From: Mobula hypostoma
Taxonomy: Eukaryota
Direction: 5' to 3'
NCBI RefSeq assembly: GCF_963921235.1
Contig: NC_086107.1
Span: 115,012,001-115,076,000, forward strand
DNA: 64,000 nt
Shown here: one piece after another, positions 14,820-27,600 of the stretch
Position numbering within the stretch: the first letter of the stretch is position 1
Layout of the letters: each line of letters begins with the position of its first letter
The notes under the pieces: generated by a model
What the model saw: the letters and a program-made list of their open reading frames with translations, nothing else
Told to the model about the DNA's origin: nothing
Database searches by the model: none
Made by a program: the position numbers and the translations under genes

Positions 14820-14833
14820 CCACCAGGTGGCAG
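14820..14833 (+). promoter_or_regulatory. CTCF motif match (CCACCAGGTGGCAG)
   Basis: Matches the CCASYAGRKGGCRS core consensus; lies in non-repeat DNA 3' of the integrin gene. Confidence 0.5.
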
Positions 14834-17800
14834 TGTTGCACACCGATTGAGAATGGTGGTCACGGCGATGGGGAGGAGTGCGTGGCACGGCCGGAGTCAC
14901 GGAGACGCGAGGGGTGGAAAGTGGAAGTGGCTTCACAGACGAGAAAGGAGGAATGGAAGGGAGAGGGTCTCAGAGACGAGAAGGACTGTAGGAACCGGAA
15001 GAGATCACGACCATGGGAAGAGGTGTAGCAGTGGGTGGAACGGAACAGAGACGGAGAGCAGAGTAGGGCCCGAGTGGGATACGGAGACAGCGAGGTGTGT
15101 TGGGGAGGGAGGATGTCACAGAGACGGGGAAGGATGTAGGAGACGGAGGGGGTCTCTGAGACGAGGTTGTGTGCAGGGAGGAAGGGGTGTTCTGGAGAAT
15201 GGGAGAGATGAAGGGGTAGATGGGGTTCGCTGACACAGCGAGGGGTGAGACAGGTAGAAAAGACGGCAAAGAAAGCGTTTGGCACGCTGGGGGGGGCGCT
15301 GAGTACAGGGGTTCAGACGTTATGTTGCAGTTGTCAAGACCTTGGTGAACCCGCATTTGGAGTATAGCGTTCATTTCTGGCCCCGTGAAGGCTGCAATTA
15401 TAAGTAGAAAAAATATTCACGGCAATGTTGCCGGGACTTGAGGGCGCGAGTTATAAGGAGACTCTGGACAGTCTGGGACTGTTTTCCCTGGAGGAAAGAG
15501 ACTGAGGACGAGGAGCACAGATAGGGTGAACGCGCACAGTCTTTATCCCGATGGGTGGGAAATCCAGAACCGAGGGCGCAGGTTTGAGGTGAGGTGGGGG
15601 CGGGGGAGAGATTTAATACGGACGTGAGGGACAACATTTTCACCCAGGGAGCGGTCCGAATGTGGAAGGAGCTGCCAGCGAAAGTGGAATTAACAATTAC
15701 GATGCATCTGGACGTGTTCTGGGTCAAGCAATTCGCAAAGGATCACAGTAGTGGATCAACGACGGCAGGTGGGATCGGTGTGGATTGGCAAGAGGGTCAG
15801 TACAGACGAGATGGGCAGAATTGCCTGTCTCCGACTGCAGAGGTCGGTTTCGTTAGCTTTTTCTACATCAAAGGCTAAGGGTTGGGGGACGGATTATGTC
15901 GGGAGCGCTGGTATCTTGCGGGAGGGAGGGTCAGGAAGAGAGAGGGCAGGGACTGAGGAAGGGAGAGGGAAGGTCCAATTGAGGGGGTGACAGGGTGGGC
16001 GAGAAGACAAGACGGTGATAGAGATTGAAGAGAGAATGGGAGGGAGCTCGGAGAGACGGACAGTGAGAGAAGGGGACTGTGAGAGGGGCGGGGGACGGGG
16101 GAGAACCAGGGAGGGAGAAGCAGAGGCAGGTGCGAAAGGAGATGGAGGGAGAGAGGAACTGAGTGAAAGGGCGAAGAAATGGATGGAGAAGAAAAGATTG
16201 AGAAGTGATGGACGAAGGATATGGAAAGAGAGATGATGGGGACGGAGGAAGGGATGGGTAAAGAGCAGGTTGGGGTGGGGAAGGAAGGACGGGTTGAGGA
16301 AAGGGTTGGGCGGAGAGGAAGAGCCGGATGGTGGCGGGGCGGAGTGCGGAGATGGGGATTGGGGATGTGGTAGGTGGTTGGGGAGTGGGGAAAGCGTGAC
16401 GAGAGGGAGGGGAGGAGTTGGGAAGAGTGTTCAGTGGGCTCAGAGGGGGGAGAAGGAGACATGGAACGGGGTAAGAGGGTTGTGGAGGGCGGGAGAGAGG
16501 GGACGAGGCGATAGGGATGGAAAGTGGGCAAAGCGGAGATTGGGAGAGATGAAGGTACGGGGAGAGAATTGTCAGGTTGACAGCAATCACGAAAGGAGCG
16601 TTGGCGGGGAAAATGGAAGCCGGGGCTCGCCGATATATTCCACAGTTCTGCCCAGTAGGATTCTTCCGGACTACCACAGGGTGCCCCTCAACGGACTGGA
16701 GATGGGGTGGGGGTTTCGCAGAGAGCGGCCTCCTCCGCCCCATTCGGCACTGACTTCTCCATCCCGTCCAGGTCGTTCTCACAGACCATCCCTTCAGAAT
16801 GCCGAGGGTAACCGCCCGCCTGCTCTACCCCTATCCCAGACCGTTCCCTCCACCTCATTCCCACTAAAAGCTTGACAGCCCCGGGCTCCGCTGTCGAGTT
16901 TCCGGTACCCCTCACCTCGTTCATATCCCCTTCCCGGTCCAGGCCTTTGCACCTTATTGTCGGCCTGCTCGACACTTTCCCTGTAGTTTATTCTGCATTC
17001 TTTAATTGTTTTATCGTGTGCTACCGCCATGCACCCTGTAATGAACTGATCTGTGCCAACAGATTACAAGCTTTTCACTCTGTCTCGGGCCAATAATGAA
17101 GCAATTCCGTTTCCAAACGCTTTTCACGGTATCTCAGTCGACACAACAATAATGAAATTGATCACCAGGGTCCATGACCAGAAGCCGATTCGGGAGGAAC
17201 TTCAGTCCCACCATTTCTGGCAGGGAACCGCGGACGGGGAAGAAGCCAAACGTCCCGTTGGCGGACGAGGCCGATACGCCTTGCGAACGGCCCTCCGAAA
17301 GCGGCACCAAGGCAAACGTTGTTTCCCACCCCCCCAGCACCCACCCCACCCAAACCCAGCCCTCCCCCAAATTGATCCCATCCCTCCCTTCCCACTCTCT
17401 CCCACCCCCCAATCCCATCCCACCCTCCCTCTTAGCTGCAATCGCTGCTTCCTCCCTCAATACTCCCTCTTTTCCTCTTCCCTTCTTCCCTCTCTCATAC
17501 TGATAGGCGCTACCTCCTTCCGTTCTCCGACGCTACCAACTCTATTCCCTCCCTTTCCTTCCATCTCTCTCCCTCCCTCACTGTCTCCCCCTTCTACCTC
17601 TTCACTCCCTTCCCACACTCTCCCCCTCCCTCTACACCCCACCTATCCCCTATTCCTCCTCCCTCTTTCCCTCTTCCCTCCATTGCTACCCTCCTTCTCG
17701 CGCTCTTCTCTACTTCTTTCCGCCTCCCTTTCACTCTTCCCCTTCCTTTTCTGTCCCAACATCTGTTCATCTTCCTTCTCCTATTTTCCTCGCTTTCATT

Positions 17801-18392
17801 CCCTCCCCTTCCCACTCATCCTTTATCCTCCCCCCCACTCACACTCCACCCTCTCACCTCCTCTTATCTATCTCTCTACTCCCTCCACACATTTTCGCCG
17901 CCTTCTCCTCAGCTCCTTCCTTTCCGCTCCACACCATTTCTCCCGTTCCTTCCTCGCCTCTCTCCTACTCTCACCCTACGAACCTTCCCACCCACTATTA
18001 CCTTCCCCATTTTCTCCATTGTTCCCCTTCCACCCCACATCTCTCCCCATCTCCCTCCACTCTCTCTCCCATTTCTCCCTCCCTCTATTCCTTTCCTCCT
18101 CTCGCTTCTCCAACTTCCAGACAAGTAAACTCTTAGTTGCTCTATCTTGCTGTTGATTAGCTCACTGTTGCCCGACAGCGCACAGCCCAACCCCTCGCCT
18201 CCCCCACCCTTCAAGCGGAGCGGCTGAGATCCCAGATCGAAGACAATATGACCCCAGTCCATTGTGTGGATGCAGTTAAGGGAGAATGAGACGGGGGGAC
18301 ACGGAACTGAGGAGTGGGCAAGGGAAAAAGGGTATCACGACGCGGGAGTATTGTAGGGGTTAACAGGGAAAGGGCCGGGCATGGGAAGAGGA

Positions 18393-18614
18393 TTAAGGAG
18401 ACGGGGAAGTTTCCGCACTGGTTAACGTCGCGTCGTCATTGGACGGTGCCGTCTGGTCATTGGGCGGTGAAGAGCTGCCGTTCGCCGGTTCCTTGTTGTC
18501 ATTGGCCATTGCCGAAGCGTCCGCATTCCCGTCCATTCCCATCATTTTCTGATTCTCAGCTGCTTGCATCCCGCCGCCAAAATCCTTCGGGGAGGTTCGC
18601 TTGAAGAATCCGAA
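18393..18614 (-). CDS. integrin alpha exon 30, cytoplasmic tail (FGFFKRTSP...SPSP*)
   Basis: GFFKR motif directly after the ttcccAG acceptor; TAA at 18395-18393. Confidence 0.95.
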   Translation of the reverse strand, partial: FGFFKRTSPKDFGGGMQAAENQKMMGMDGNADASAMANDNKEPANGSSSPPNDQTAPSNDDATLTSAETSPSP

Positions 18615-21600
18615 CTGGGAACCAGGGAGAAGGGCTGGAGTCAGGGGGTAGAGATCTGACCCAGATGGAGCGCGGCCAATCCCAGCCCATGTCCAAAGCA
18701 ACTGTCCAATAAGGGGCTCCCTCCGCCCACGCAATCCCGCCGGCGGCCGCTTCTCCCTTCTCGCCGCCCCTCCTCTCTCTTTTTCCTATCTCCCCTTTTT
18801 GCTCTATCCCCTCCTCAATCCACCGCCTAGCTCATCCCTTCTTGCCCCTTATCACCCCTCCCACACTCCATCCTTCCCCCCCCCCGCGCCACACTCTTCT
18901 TCACGTTCCGCCGGTGCTCCCCCTCAGCCCGACGCTCCGAGCGCAAACCTCCTTTCTCGCTGCCCCCTTCAGCAGCGCTCCCTCGCTCCTCGCCGTCCTT
19001 GCCTCCATCCCAGAGATGTAGCGCCCTAACCTTCCAGAGGATGAGGATGATAATCAGGAGGATGAACAGCCCAGACAAGCTGCCGATGATCATCAGGGTC
19101 CTTCTGCTCTTTGGGTCGATTTGCACCTCCGTTTGTCCCTGCGTGGGGAGTCACACAAATCGCAACGGTGAGCGGACGCTAGAGATCAACATGCAGCGGC
19201 GGAGTCCCGTCGGGAGGGCGGAATGAATGGGTGAATGTGGAAGTGCGGGGTCCTGCTGGGAGTGCGGACGATGGGAGTCAATAGGAAGTTGTGCGTCTCA
19301 ATGGGAGTGTGTAAGATGGGAGAGAACCGGAAGGGTGGGGTCCCGTTGGGAATTTGGACGGTGGGAGTAAACGGGAATGTGTTGTTCCCATTGGGAGTGC
19401 GGAAGGCAGGAGAGCCGGGAAGGTGCAAGATCCCGTTGGGTGTGTCCCATTGTGGCTGCGGGCGGCGGGAGTGAATAGGAAGGGGTGGGAATGTTTTAAT
19501 GAGTGATTTGTGGGGAGATTTTTTTGGGAATGTAGCTGAGACGGGTGGGACGGATTCTTGAACATTCTCACAGCCTCGCCACGCCCAGATCTTGGGATCA
19601 GGCTGTGCGCATTCATTACCTTCGCCTTCTGGCTGCGTTCTTCGTTTTGGCTGACGTGGCGGTAGCTGTTCACAGAGAGGAGAGCCGAGCTCCGCAGGGT
19701 CATCGTGGGTGTGTCCCCGCTAGGCTGTGGGGAGGCGCAAACAGGGTGGGATCAGAGACGGCTCGAACACACTCACAGATTCCCCTCCCAGAAACCTCTT
19801 CTCCTAAGCCCGTCTGTGACCCTCCCCTCCCCCAGCACCCCTCCGTCTCCGTGAACCCCACCATTCCCCCCCCCAGCACCTCCCCGTCACCGTGACACCC
19901 CTACGCACGTCCCGTCCCCATTCCACCCCCTTTTTCCCCATCCCCTCAGTACCAGTAGCTGTGTGAAGCCGTTCAGGTGGAATGTGGTTATCTTGTTGGG
20001 GATTGAGCGAAAGTTGCAGACGACCGTCTGGACCTGAATCCCAGGGATCTCCTGGGGGTGGTGGGGGGGGGGGGAAGAGAAGAGTCTGTGGTCAGCAAAA
20101 GCAACAGAGGAAAACTCTCCCCCGCCCCCCACTTCGGACTGTACGAGCAGCGCTCCAGAGCTACACACAGTTCCTGGCCTTGTTGTCCGAGAGAGCGCTG
20201 GGTGCTGGTGGGCCGGTCGAGAGGTTGTGTCTCGGGTGGGGGAGTGATCTGGGATGTTTCGAGGAGGGCGGAGTTGGGAACCGAAGGAAGAGACGGAAGT
20301 CGGTGGTACCGGGGCAAAGGTGCGTAGGGAGAGAAGGAGAGATGGGGATGGGGAGGGAAGGGGCAGATAGGTGTCTTGTCGGGAGGGTTGAGTGGAGTAA
20401 AGTTCGGGGGGGGAAGGGTTCGGGGAGTAGTCTGGGAGGGGTGGAAAGGGAAGAGAGTCGGAACTGCAGAGCGAGGGGATGATGTAGCCAGGGCAGGAGG
20501 GGCTGGGGCGGGTAGGGGAAGAGTGGGTTCTGGGGACAAATGTAGATGGGTTAGTTGTCGGGGCTGGAGAGGGGTGGCAAGTCGGGGGGCCGGGTGCGAG
20601 GGTTGGGGGAGAATGTGGAGCATAAATAGAGAGTGGTGGATCAAGGAGTGGGGGAGGGGTTGTCGGGGTATTGAGGGAGGGAGAAGGCTGAATAATCTGG
20701 GAAGGGGAAGCGCGCGGGTTGGGCGGAGAAGGAGGAGAGAGGCTTTCCGGAGCTCCCACCTCCTTCTTAGCCTCTCCCTTCGCACCTTCCGCCCTTTCCA
20801 CGGCTCTACCTCCCCACTCTACCGCTGTCCCGCGCCGAACCGTCTCTCCTTCCATGCTGCCCCGCATTTGCTTCCTCTAACCTCTTCCTTGAGGAGATCC
20901 TGGATGGCGTCTTTCGGAGAGTCCATGGGGTCACTACACTTCAGATTCTGGCTCTGTAGGTGGGAACAGGTCACGTTAGTGTACTCTTTACACAGAACAC
21001 CCCTCCCTTGGCTGTCTGTAACCTCCCTCTCTCCCCCTCCTCACTTCCCTCTCCATCTCTCGCCCACTCCGTGATTCACGCCCCCCCCCACCGCCACTCT
21101 CCTCTTCATTTCTCCCTGCACTCCATCTTCCTCTCTCTGTCCGTCTCTCCCTACCTCCCTCTCCTCACCCCTTCCCCTCTCTCTCCTCCGTACGTCTTTC
21201 ATACCTACTCTCTTCCACTCCTCTCCCCTACTCTCTCCACCACCCACCCTCACTCATTCGCCGTCCCCATTCTCTCACCCTTCTCTTCCATCTTCTGCCT
21301 CCACTCTCCCTTCCTCCTCCCCTCTACTCGTTCACCTCCCATTTACGCGCCTTCTCCCATCTACTCATTCTCCCCTCTCTATTTTCCTGTCCCTCCCCCT
21401 CTCTCATCTCCTTCCCCTTCAATTCCCCCCTCCCCCCCCCCCACGTCCTCTTCTTCTCCTTCTCTCTACTTCGCTCCGGTCCATTTCTCCACCCTCTCTC
21501 TCACTTCCTTACACCACTCCTATCCCCCTACCTTTTCCACCCGGATCTCCCTCTTATTACCCCCCCCCGCCGTCCTACCCTTGCCCTCTTTGTCTTCCTC

Positions 21601-24600
21601 CTCTTTCTTTCTTTCTTTCTCTCTCTCTCTCATCCCGCCTTTCTCTTCCCGCTATCCCGATCCCCGTGAGGCTCGAACAGACCCCCCTATGTTACTAGGG
21701 TAACTGGTTGTCTGAACAGCCAATTCGGACCCGCTGGAGAGCCCGCACCTGTGCTCACATCATCCTTGGGTACGGGGGTAAAGTGTCCACGCTCCAAGAT
21801 TAGTGACCGAGACTCACCACAGTGCCTTCATGATCAACCTGCGCTCTCCATGAAACAAAGTTCCCGATCTTCGAGGTGAAGCTGATGTTCAGTATGAGCG
21901 GGACAGGGTAGGGGCCCAGATTTTCCACCTGGGAGAAAAGAGAGAGGCGTGAGAAACTTTCGACAGGACACTGTCCTTTCCCACTCACTCCCATCGTCCG
22001 CGCCCCGACGGGACCCCGGCCCATCTTAATCACTCCCATCGCCCGCCTTTCTGTCGGGACACGGCCCCTTCCCGTTCGCTCCGATCGTCCGCAGTCCCGC
22101 CGGGGCCCCACTCCTTCCCGTTCATTCATCGTCCTCGGTCCCGACGGAACCTCGCACCTATCGGGCTGGAGGTGGGAGGGAGGAGAGAGGGAGGGGAGGG
22201 CGAAATTATCGAAGGGTGGTGCATGGGGAGGCGAATGGAGCCTAGATGTAGAGGAGTGGGAGAAAGGTAGGGTAGGGTGGAAGGGGTGGGAGAGGGAGCA
22301 GAAGGGGGAGGTTGCTGGTGGTTTGGAATTGGCGGCTGCGGAGGTAATATGGTGGGTGGAGGGAGTCTGGAAGTGAGGGGTAGGGGTAGGAGGTTGTAGG
22401 GGCGGGTGGTTAGAGGGTAGAAACCGAGAGGGTAGAGGGGAGGACGCATGGGCTGGAAAAAAGTTGAGGAGAGAGGGATGGGAATGAGAGGGAAGGGTAA
22501 GTGGAGGGGAAGACAGCTTACTGAGGTAGTACCTTGTAGGTGTGAGCCACCTCCTTTTGCTGCTGATCGTCCCCCGTGAACCGTATGTAGTGTGTGGCCC
22601 GAGGACTGCGAGGAAACGAGTTTACAGTCAGTCTGCGCATTAACAGACCATCGCCTCTCTTCTCAGTCCCGTCCCCTCCTCCTGCCCGTCTCCCCATTCC
22701 TGTTCCCCTCCTGTATTGCCTTCTCCACTGCCCATCCCCCCATCCTTTGAGTCATCTTCACCCTGCTCTCCTCTACCCCGTACCATTCCCCCTCTCTGTC
22801 CCATCTCCTGTCCTTTCCCCTCTCACCCTGCCCTTAATCCTCTCCCCTCTGTTTGTTCTCCAAAATCCCGCCCCTTCTCCCCCTCCCTTGATTCCATTCC
22901 CTTCTCCCCCTCTGCTCAGTCAACTCCCCCCTCTCTCTCCCCCTGTCCCCTCCCCTGTATCCCCAATCTCCCCCTGCACTCAATCTCCTGCCCTCTCCCC
23001 TTTCCTCCTGTCCCCTCCATTCTCCCGATCCTGCCCACCCCTCAGTCCCCTCCCCAACGCGGGTGGGGGGGGGGTGGCTGGCGAGACCTCCGGAGGCTCA
23101 CCTGCTCACCACGACATCGACGGCATACTTAAAGGGTATCTTTACGTTGCGGGTTGTCTCGTCGGTAATGCTGTCCGTGTTGGAGCTGCAGAATTAATTG
23201 GGAAGTGTAAGAGCGGAACTGGAATTTTTAAGTTGGTTTATTGTCGTCACGTGCACCGAAGTTTTGTAGTTGGAATGGTCTATGATTATGGAATGGACCA
23301 GTGGTCCTGAATACTGTTCATATTGTCAAATCCTCACAGTGAATTGAAGTAGAACGTGGAAAAAACAACAACACAATACAGAATAAAATGTTACTATTAC
23401 AGAGGAAGAGCAGTGAGGTGCAAGATCATTACGAGGTAGATTGTGAGGTCAACATTCCATCTTATCGGACGAAGGGACCATTGAACAGTCTTAGAACAGC
23501 GAGATAGAAGCTGTCCTTCCGCCTGGTGTTATGCGTTTTTTCAGTATCTTCTGGTGAAGGGGGAGCAGATGCGATTATCGGTAAATTGTTTTATTATTGT
23601 CACATGTGCAATGAAAAGTCAGCTCTTTTCCCCCCAGGGCGGAAATGGCGGACGCGAGGGGCGTTTTAAGGTGATTGGAGGGAGGTATGGTGAGGGTGGG
23701 GTGTCAGAGGTAGAGTTTCGCACACAGGAAGTGGTAGGGTGAACGTACTTGCTGGGTGCTGCTAGGAGCAGACACATGAGGAGACTACGCACATGGTCGA
23801 TAGAAAACTGGAGGGCTGTGTGGGAAGGAGGCATTGGATTGGACTTGGTTAAACCAACATGATGCCCGAAGTACAGTACCTGTACTGTCCATGCTACACT
23901 GCCAATAAAAAGTACCCCCCCCACCCCACACCCATGGAAGTTTTCACGTTTTATTGATTTTTTTGTTTTACAACATAGAATCATAGTGGATTTAATTTGC
24001 CATTCTGACACTGATCAACAGAAAAAGACTCTTTCGTGTCAAAGTGTAAACAGATCTCCACAACATGGCCTAAATTAATTACAAATATAAAACACAAAAT
24101 AATTGATTGCACAAGTATTCACTCCCTTCAAGTCAGTATTTAGTAGATGCACCTTTGGCAGAAATTATAACCTTGAGTCTGTGTGAATAGGTCTCTATCA
24201 GCTTTGCACATCTGGACACTCGCTGATATTTTCCCCAATCTTCTTTACAAAAGTACACAAGCCTCGTCAGATTGCATGGGGATCGTGAGTGAACAGCCCT
24301 TTTCATGTAGAGCCACAAATTCTCAATTGGATTGAGGTCTGGACTCTGAGTTGGCCGCTCCAGGACATTAACTATGTTGTTTTTAAGCCATTTCTGTGTA
24401 AATTTGGCCGTTTGCTTGGGGTCATTGTCTTGCTGGAAAACAATTCTTCTCCCAAGTCGCAGTTCTCTTGCAGACTGCATCAGGTTTTTTCTCCAGGATT
24501 TCCCTGTACTTTGATGCGTTCATTTTAGTCCCTACCTTCACAATTCTTCCAGGGCCTGTTGCAGTGAAGCATCCACAGAGCATGATGCAGCCACCACCAT

Positions 24601-27600
24601 GCTTCACAGTTGGGATGGTGTGTTTTTGATGAAGGTGCGGTTTTATCAGACCATAGAACCTTCTTCCAGCTGACCTCAGAGTTCCCACATGCCTTCTGGG
24701 ATACTCTAGCCCAGATTTCATCCGAGTTTTTCTCTTTGCCACTCTCCCATAAAGCTGCGACTGGTGAAGCACCCGGGCAACAGTTGTTGTGTGCGCAGTC
24801 TCTCCCATCTCAGCCACTGAAGCTTGTAACTCCTCTAGAGTTGTCATAGGTCTCTTGGTGGCCTCCCTCACCAGTCCCCATCTTGCACAGTCACTCAGTT
24901 TTTGAGGACGGCCTGTCCTTGGCAGATTTACAGCTGTGTCATATTCTTTCCATTCCTTGATGATTGACTTAACTGTACTCCACGAGATATTCAGTGACCT
25001 GGAAATGTTCTGGTATCTATCTCCTGACTTCTAATTTTTAATAATCTTTTCGTGGAGTTGCCTGGAGTGTTCTTTTGCCTTCATGGTGTAGTTTTTGCCG
25101 GGATACTGACTCACCAGCGGTTGGACTTTCCAGATATAGCTGTGTTTTTACTACAATGAATTGAAACGCTTTGACTGCACACGGGTCTCTAAAAACAGTC
25201 TCCATTTAGCTAATTATGTGACTTCTAAAACCAGTTGGCTGCACCAGTAATGATTCGGTGTGTCACATTAAAAGGGGCGAAGACTTCTGCAATCAATTAT
25301 TTTGTGCTTTATATTTAGAGTTAATTTAGATTACTTTGTAGAGATCTGACACGGGAGAGCCTTTTTCTGTTGATTAGTGTCAAAAAAGTCAAATTAAGTC
25401 CACTGTGATGCAATGTTGTAAAAACAATAAAACATGAACATTTCCAAGGGCGGGGGGGGGGGGAAGGAGTGAATATTTTTTATGGGCGAGATATATGTTC
25501 TATCTCCTTTGTATATCTCTTTCAATGAAAAGAGGTGGTGGTGTTGGAGGTTGGGGGGCAGGGGGTTGGTTAAACGCAGAATTAACGACGGATGGGCACG
25601 TACCTGAGGGCTTCAACCTCTATCTTCGCCTTTTCTCCCCAGTCCGGTCGCCCCTGAATATCGAAACTCAGATTCAGGTTGATCTGGAAAGGAATGGAGA
25701 GGTGGATCTGAATGCAGCCGCCTGCCCGGAGGTGAAACTGGTGGGAGTGGAGGAGTGAAGAAGGAGGTGTGGTCTTACCGTAGTAGGGAACTACTCCATA
25801 GTTCTATAACAGCGGATAGATTGCGACTGCGGGTGGAGAGGAATGAGGGAGGCAGGGGGAGTCAGACCAGGAGAGAGAGATGGAAGAAAAGCAGATGCGG
25901 TTGGATTGTGGGAGAAACCGGGCCGGGGAGGAGGGAGAGGAAGAGAATCAGTGGGGAGGGAGGGAGGAGTGGGTGGGGGGGGGGGGGTCAGTCAGACCGG
26001 GAAGGGTGGGGAAGAAGATGAAGGGAGGAGGAGAGTGAGACTGGGAGGGGTAAGAGATGGATCAGACCCGGGGGCTGACACGGAGGAGGTGAAAGTCAGA
26101 TCGGGAGGAAGAAGGGGGTGAGGTTCAGACAAGGGAAGGATGGGAGGAGGGAGGGGATTTTCGAGGGTGTAACCCGATACCGGGGACTTACCTGGTGGTC
26201 CTGCCTGAAGATGGGGTGACTGATGAAACAAACTAACATCCCGCGATGGCCCTGGACCGGATCTGGGCTGGAGCTGCACTCGACCCTACTGTCCTGGGAA
26301 GAGAGGTAGAGAGTGTGGGTGCTGAGGATGGGGTGAACTTGAGGAGGGATGGGTGAAGAGAAGGAGTGGGGCGACGTGCGAGAGCGTGGGGCGAATAGGA
26401 ATATCTGTATGGGGTAGGCGACAAAGAGGGAACAGTGTGGGAGGGAACAGAGCGCTGCCTCTAAGTGGGGGGGGGGGCAAGGTCGGTTGAGGACGGAGAA
26501 CTTTCTTAGGGAACCGAGATTGAGACTGGAGGGCAAATGCGAAGGAAGCAGTGAAGAAGGAAGGCAAGGAAGCGGCGGCCATGAGGGAACAGCGTTGAGA
26601 AGGGAGGCGAACCGCAGGTGGGTCAGCGGATTGAAGGAAAGCTACGGAATGGAGGCAGAGAGGAACGTGGCTTTGCGGGAGGCTGGAGAATAATGAAGGA
26701 GCTCGGGGGCAGAGGGACTGAGATAAATGCGGAAGTCCCATGGGAAGGACGGGGAGCAATAAGGGAACGCTACGGATGGGAGGCGGAGGGGAATTAAGGA
26801 GTTCCGCAATAGAGATGGTGGGAGTTTCGAGAGAGAGAGCGAGAGAGGGCGGCGGGGCGGGGGGGGGGGGTGGGGGTGGAGAGAGAGAGAGAGAGAGGAA
26901 TGAGAAAGCTCGGGTGAATGGTCGGAAAGGAATGAGACCGCGAGGTGGGAGGACAGAGAGAAACGAGGGAGCTCGTTGGGAGAGCGTGCGTGAGCCGGCG
27001 GGGAACGAGGGAATTCTGCAGGAAGGTCAGAGGAATGATGGAGCGCCAGCGCTGTTTCGGGGAACCCCTCGTTCCCTCCTTCAGTTTTCCCTCACACTCA
27101 CCTTGGCGATATGGATGCGGCGTTGCTGGAGGCCGGGCGGGTGCCGGATGCGGAGGGAGGTGCTGTAGGAATCTTCGCCCCGGTTCTCCAGCAACAGCCA
27201 TAGGTACAGAGTGGTGTCCCGGCCCAGCACGAGGGTCTGTCTGACAGTGAGGGAGGGACAGAGGGTTAGTCCGGGGGTGGCAAGAGGGATCGGGCAGTTT
27301 AGGAGAGGGTGGGGTCTGGGAGAGAGGTAGAGTCAGTGTGTGGACGAGGGGTGAATTGGTACGACGAGGTCAGTGTGGGGAAAGGAGACACTTTGGGGAA
27401 GTCATTGGGAGGCTGGGTCGATGTGTGTGGGGAAGTCGGTGTGGGGCGTTTCAGGTGGGGAAAGGACAGGGAGAGGAGAAGCATTCTTCCCTCTGTCTTG
27501 GCGCTTTCTTACCCGCTGTATTTCACGTTGAGAATAAGGCGATCTGTGCATATCTCGTCATTCCCACAGTTACTCTCCATATGGAGCTGAAGAGGAAATG

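Noticed and set aside
15875..18156. Long Pro/Ser/Leu-rich or Gly/Arg/Glu-rich ORFs (also 19887-21703 and 52590-54392)
   Set aside because: Translations of polypyrimidine or polypurine tracts with no domain content; only the small embedded integrin exons are real.
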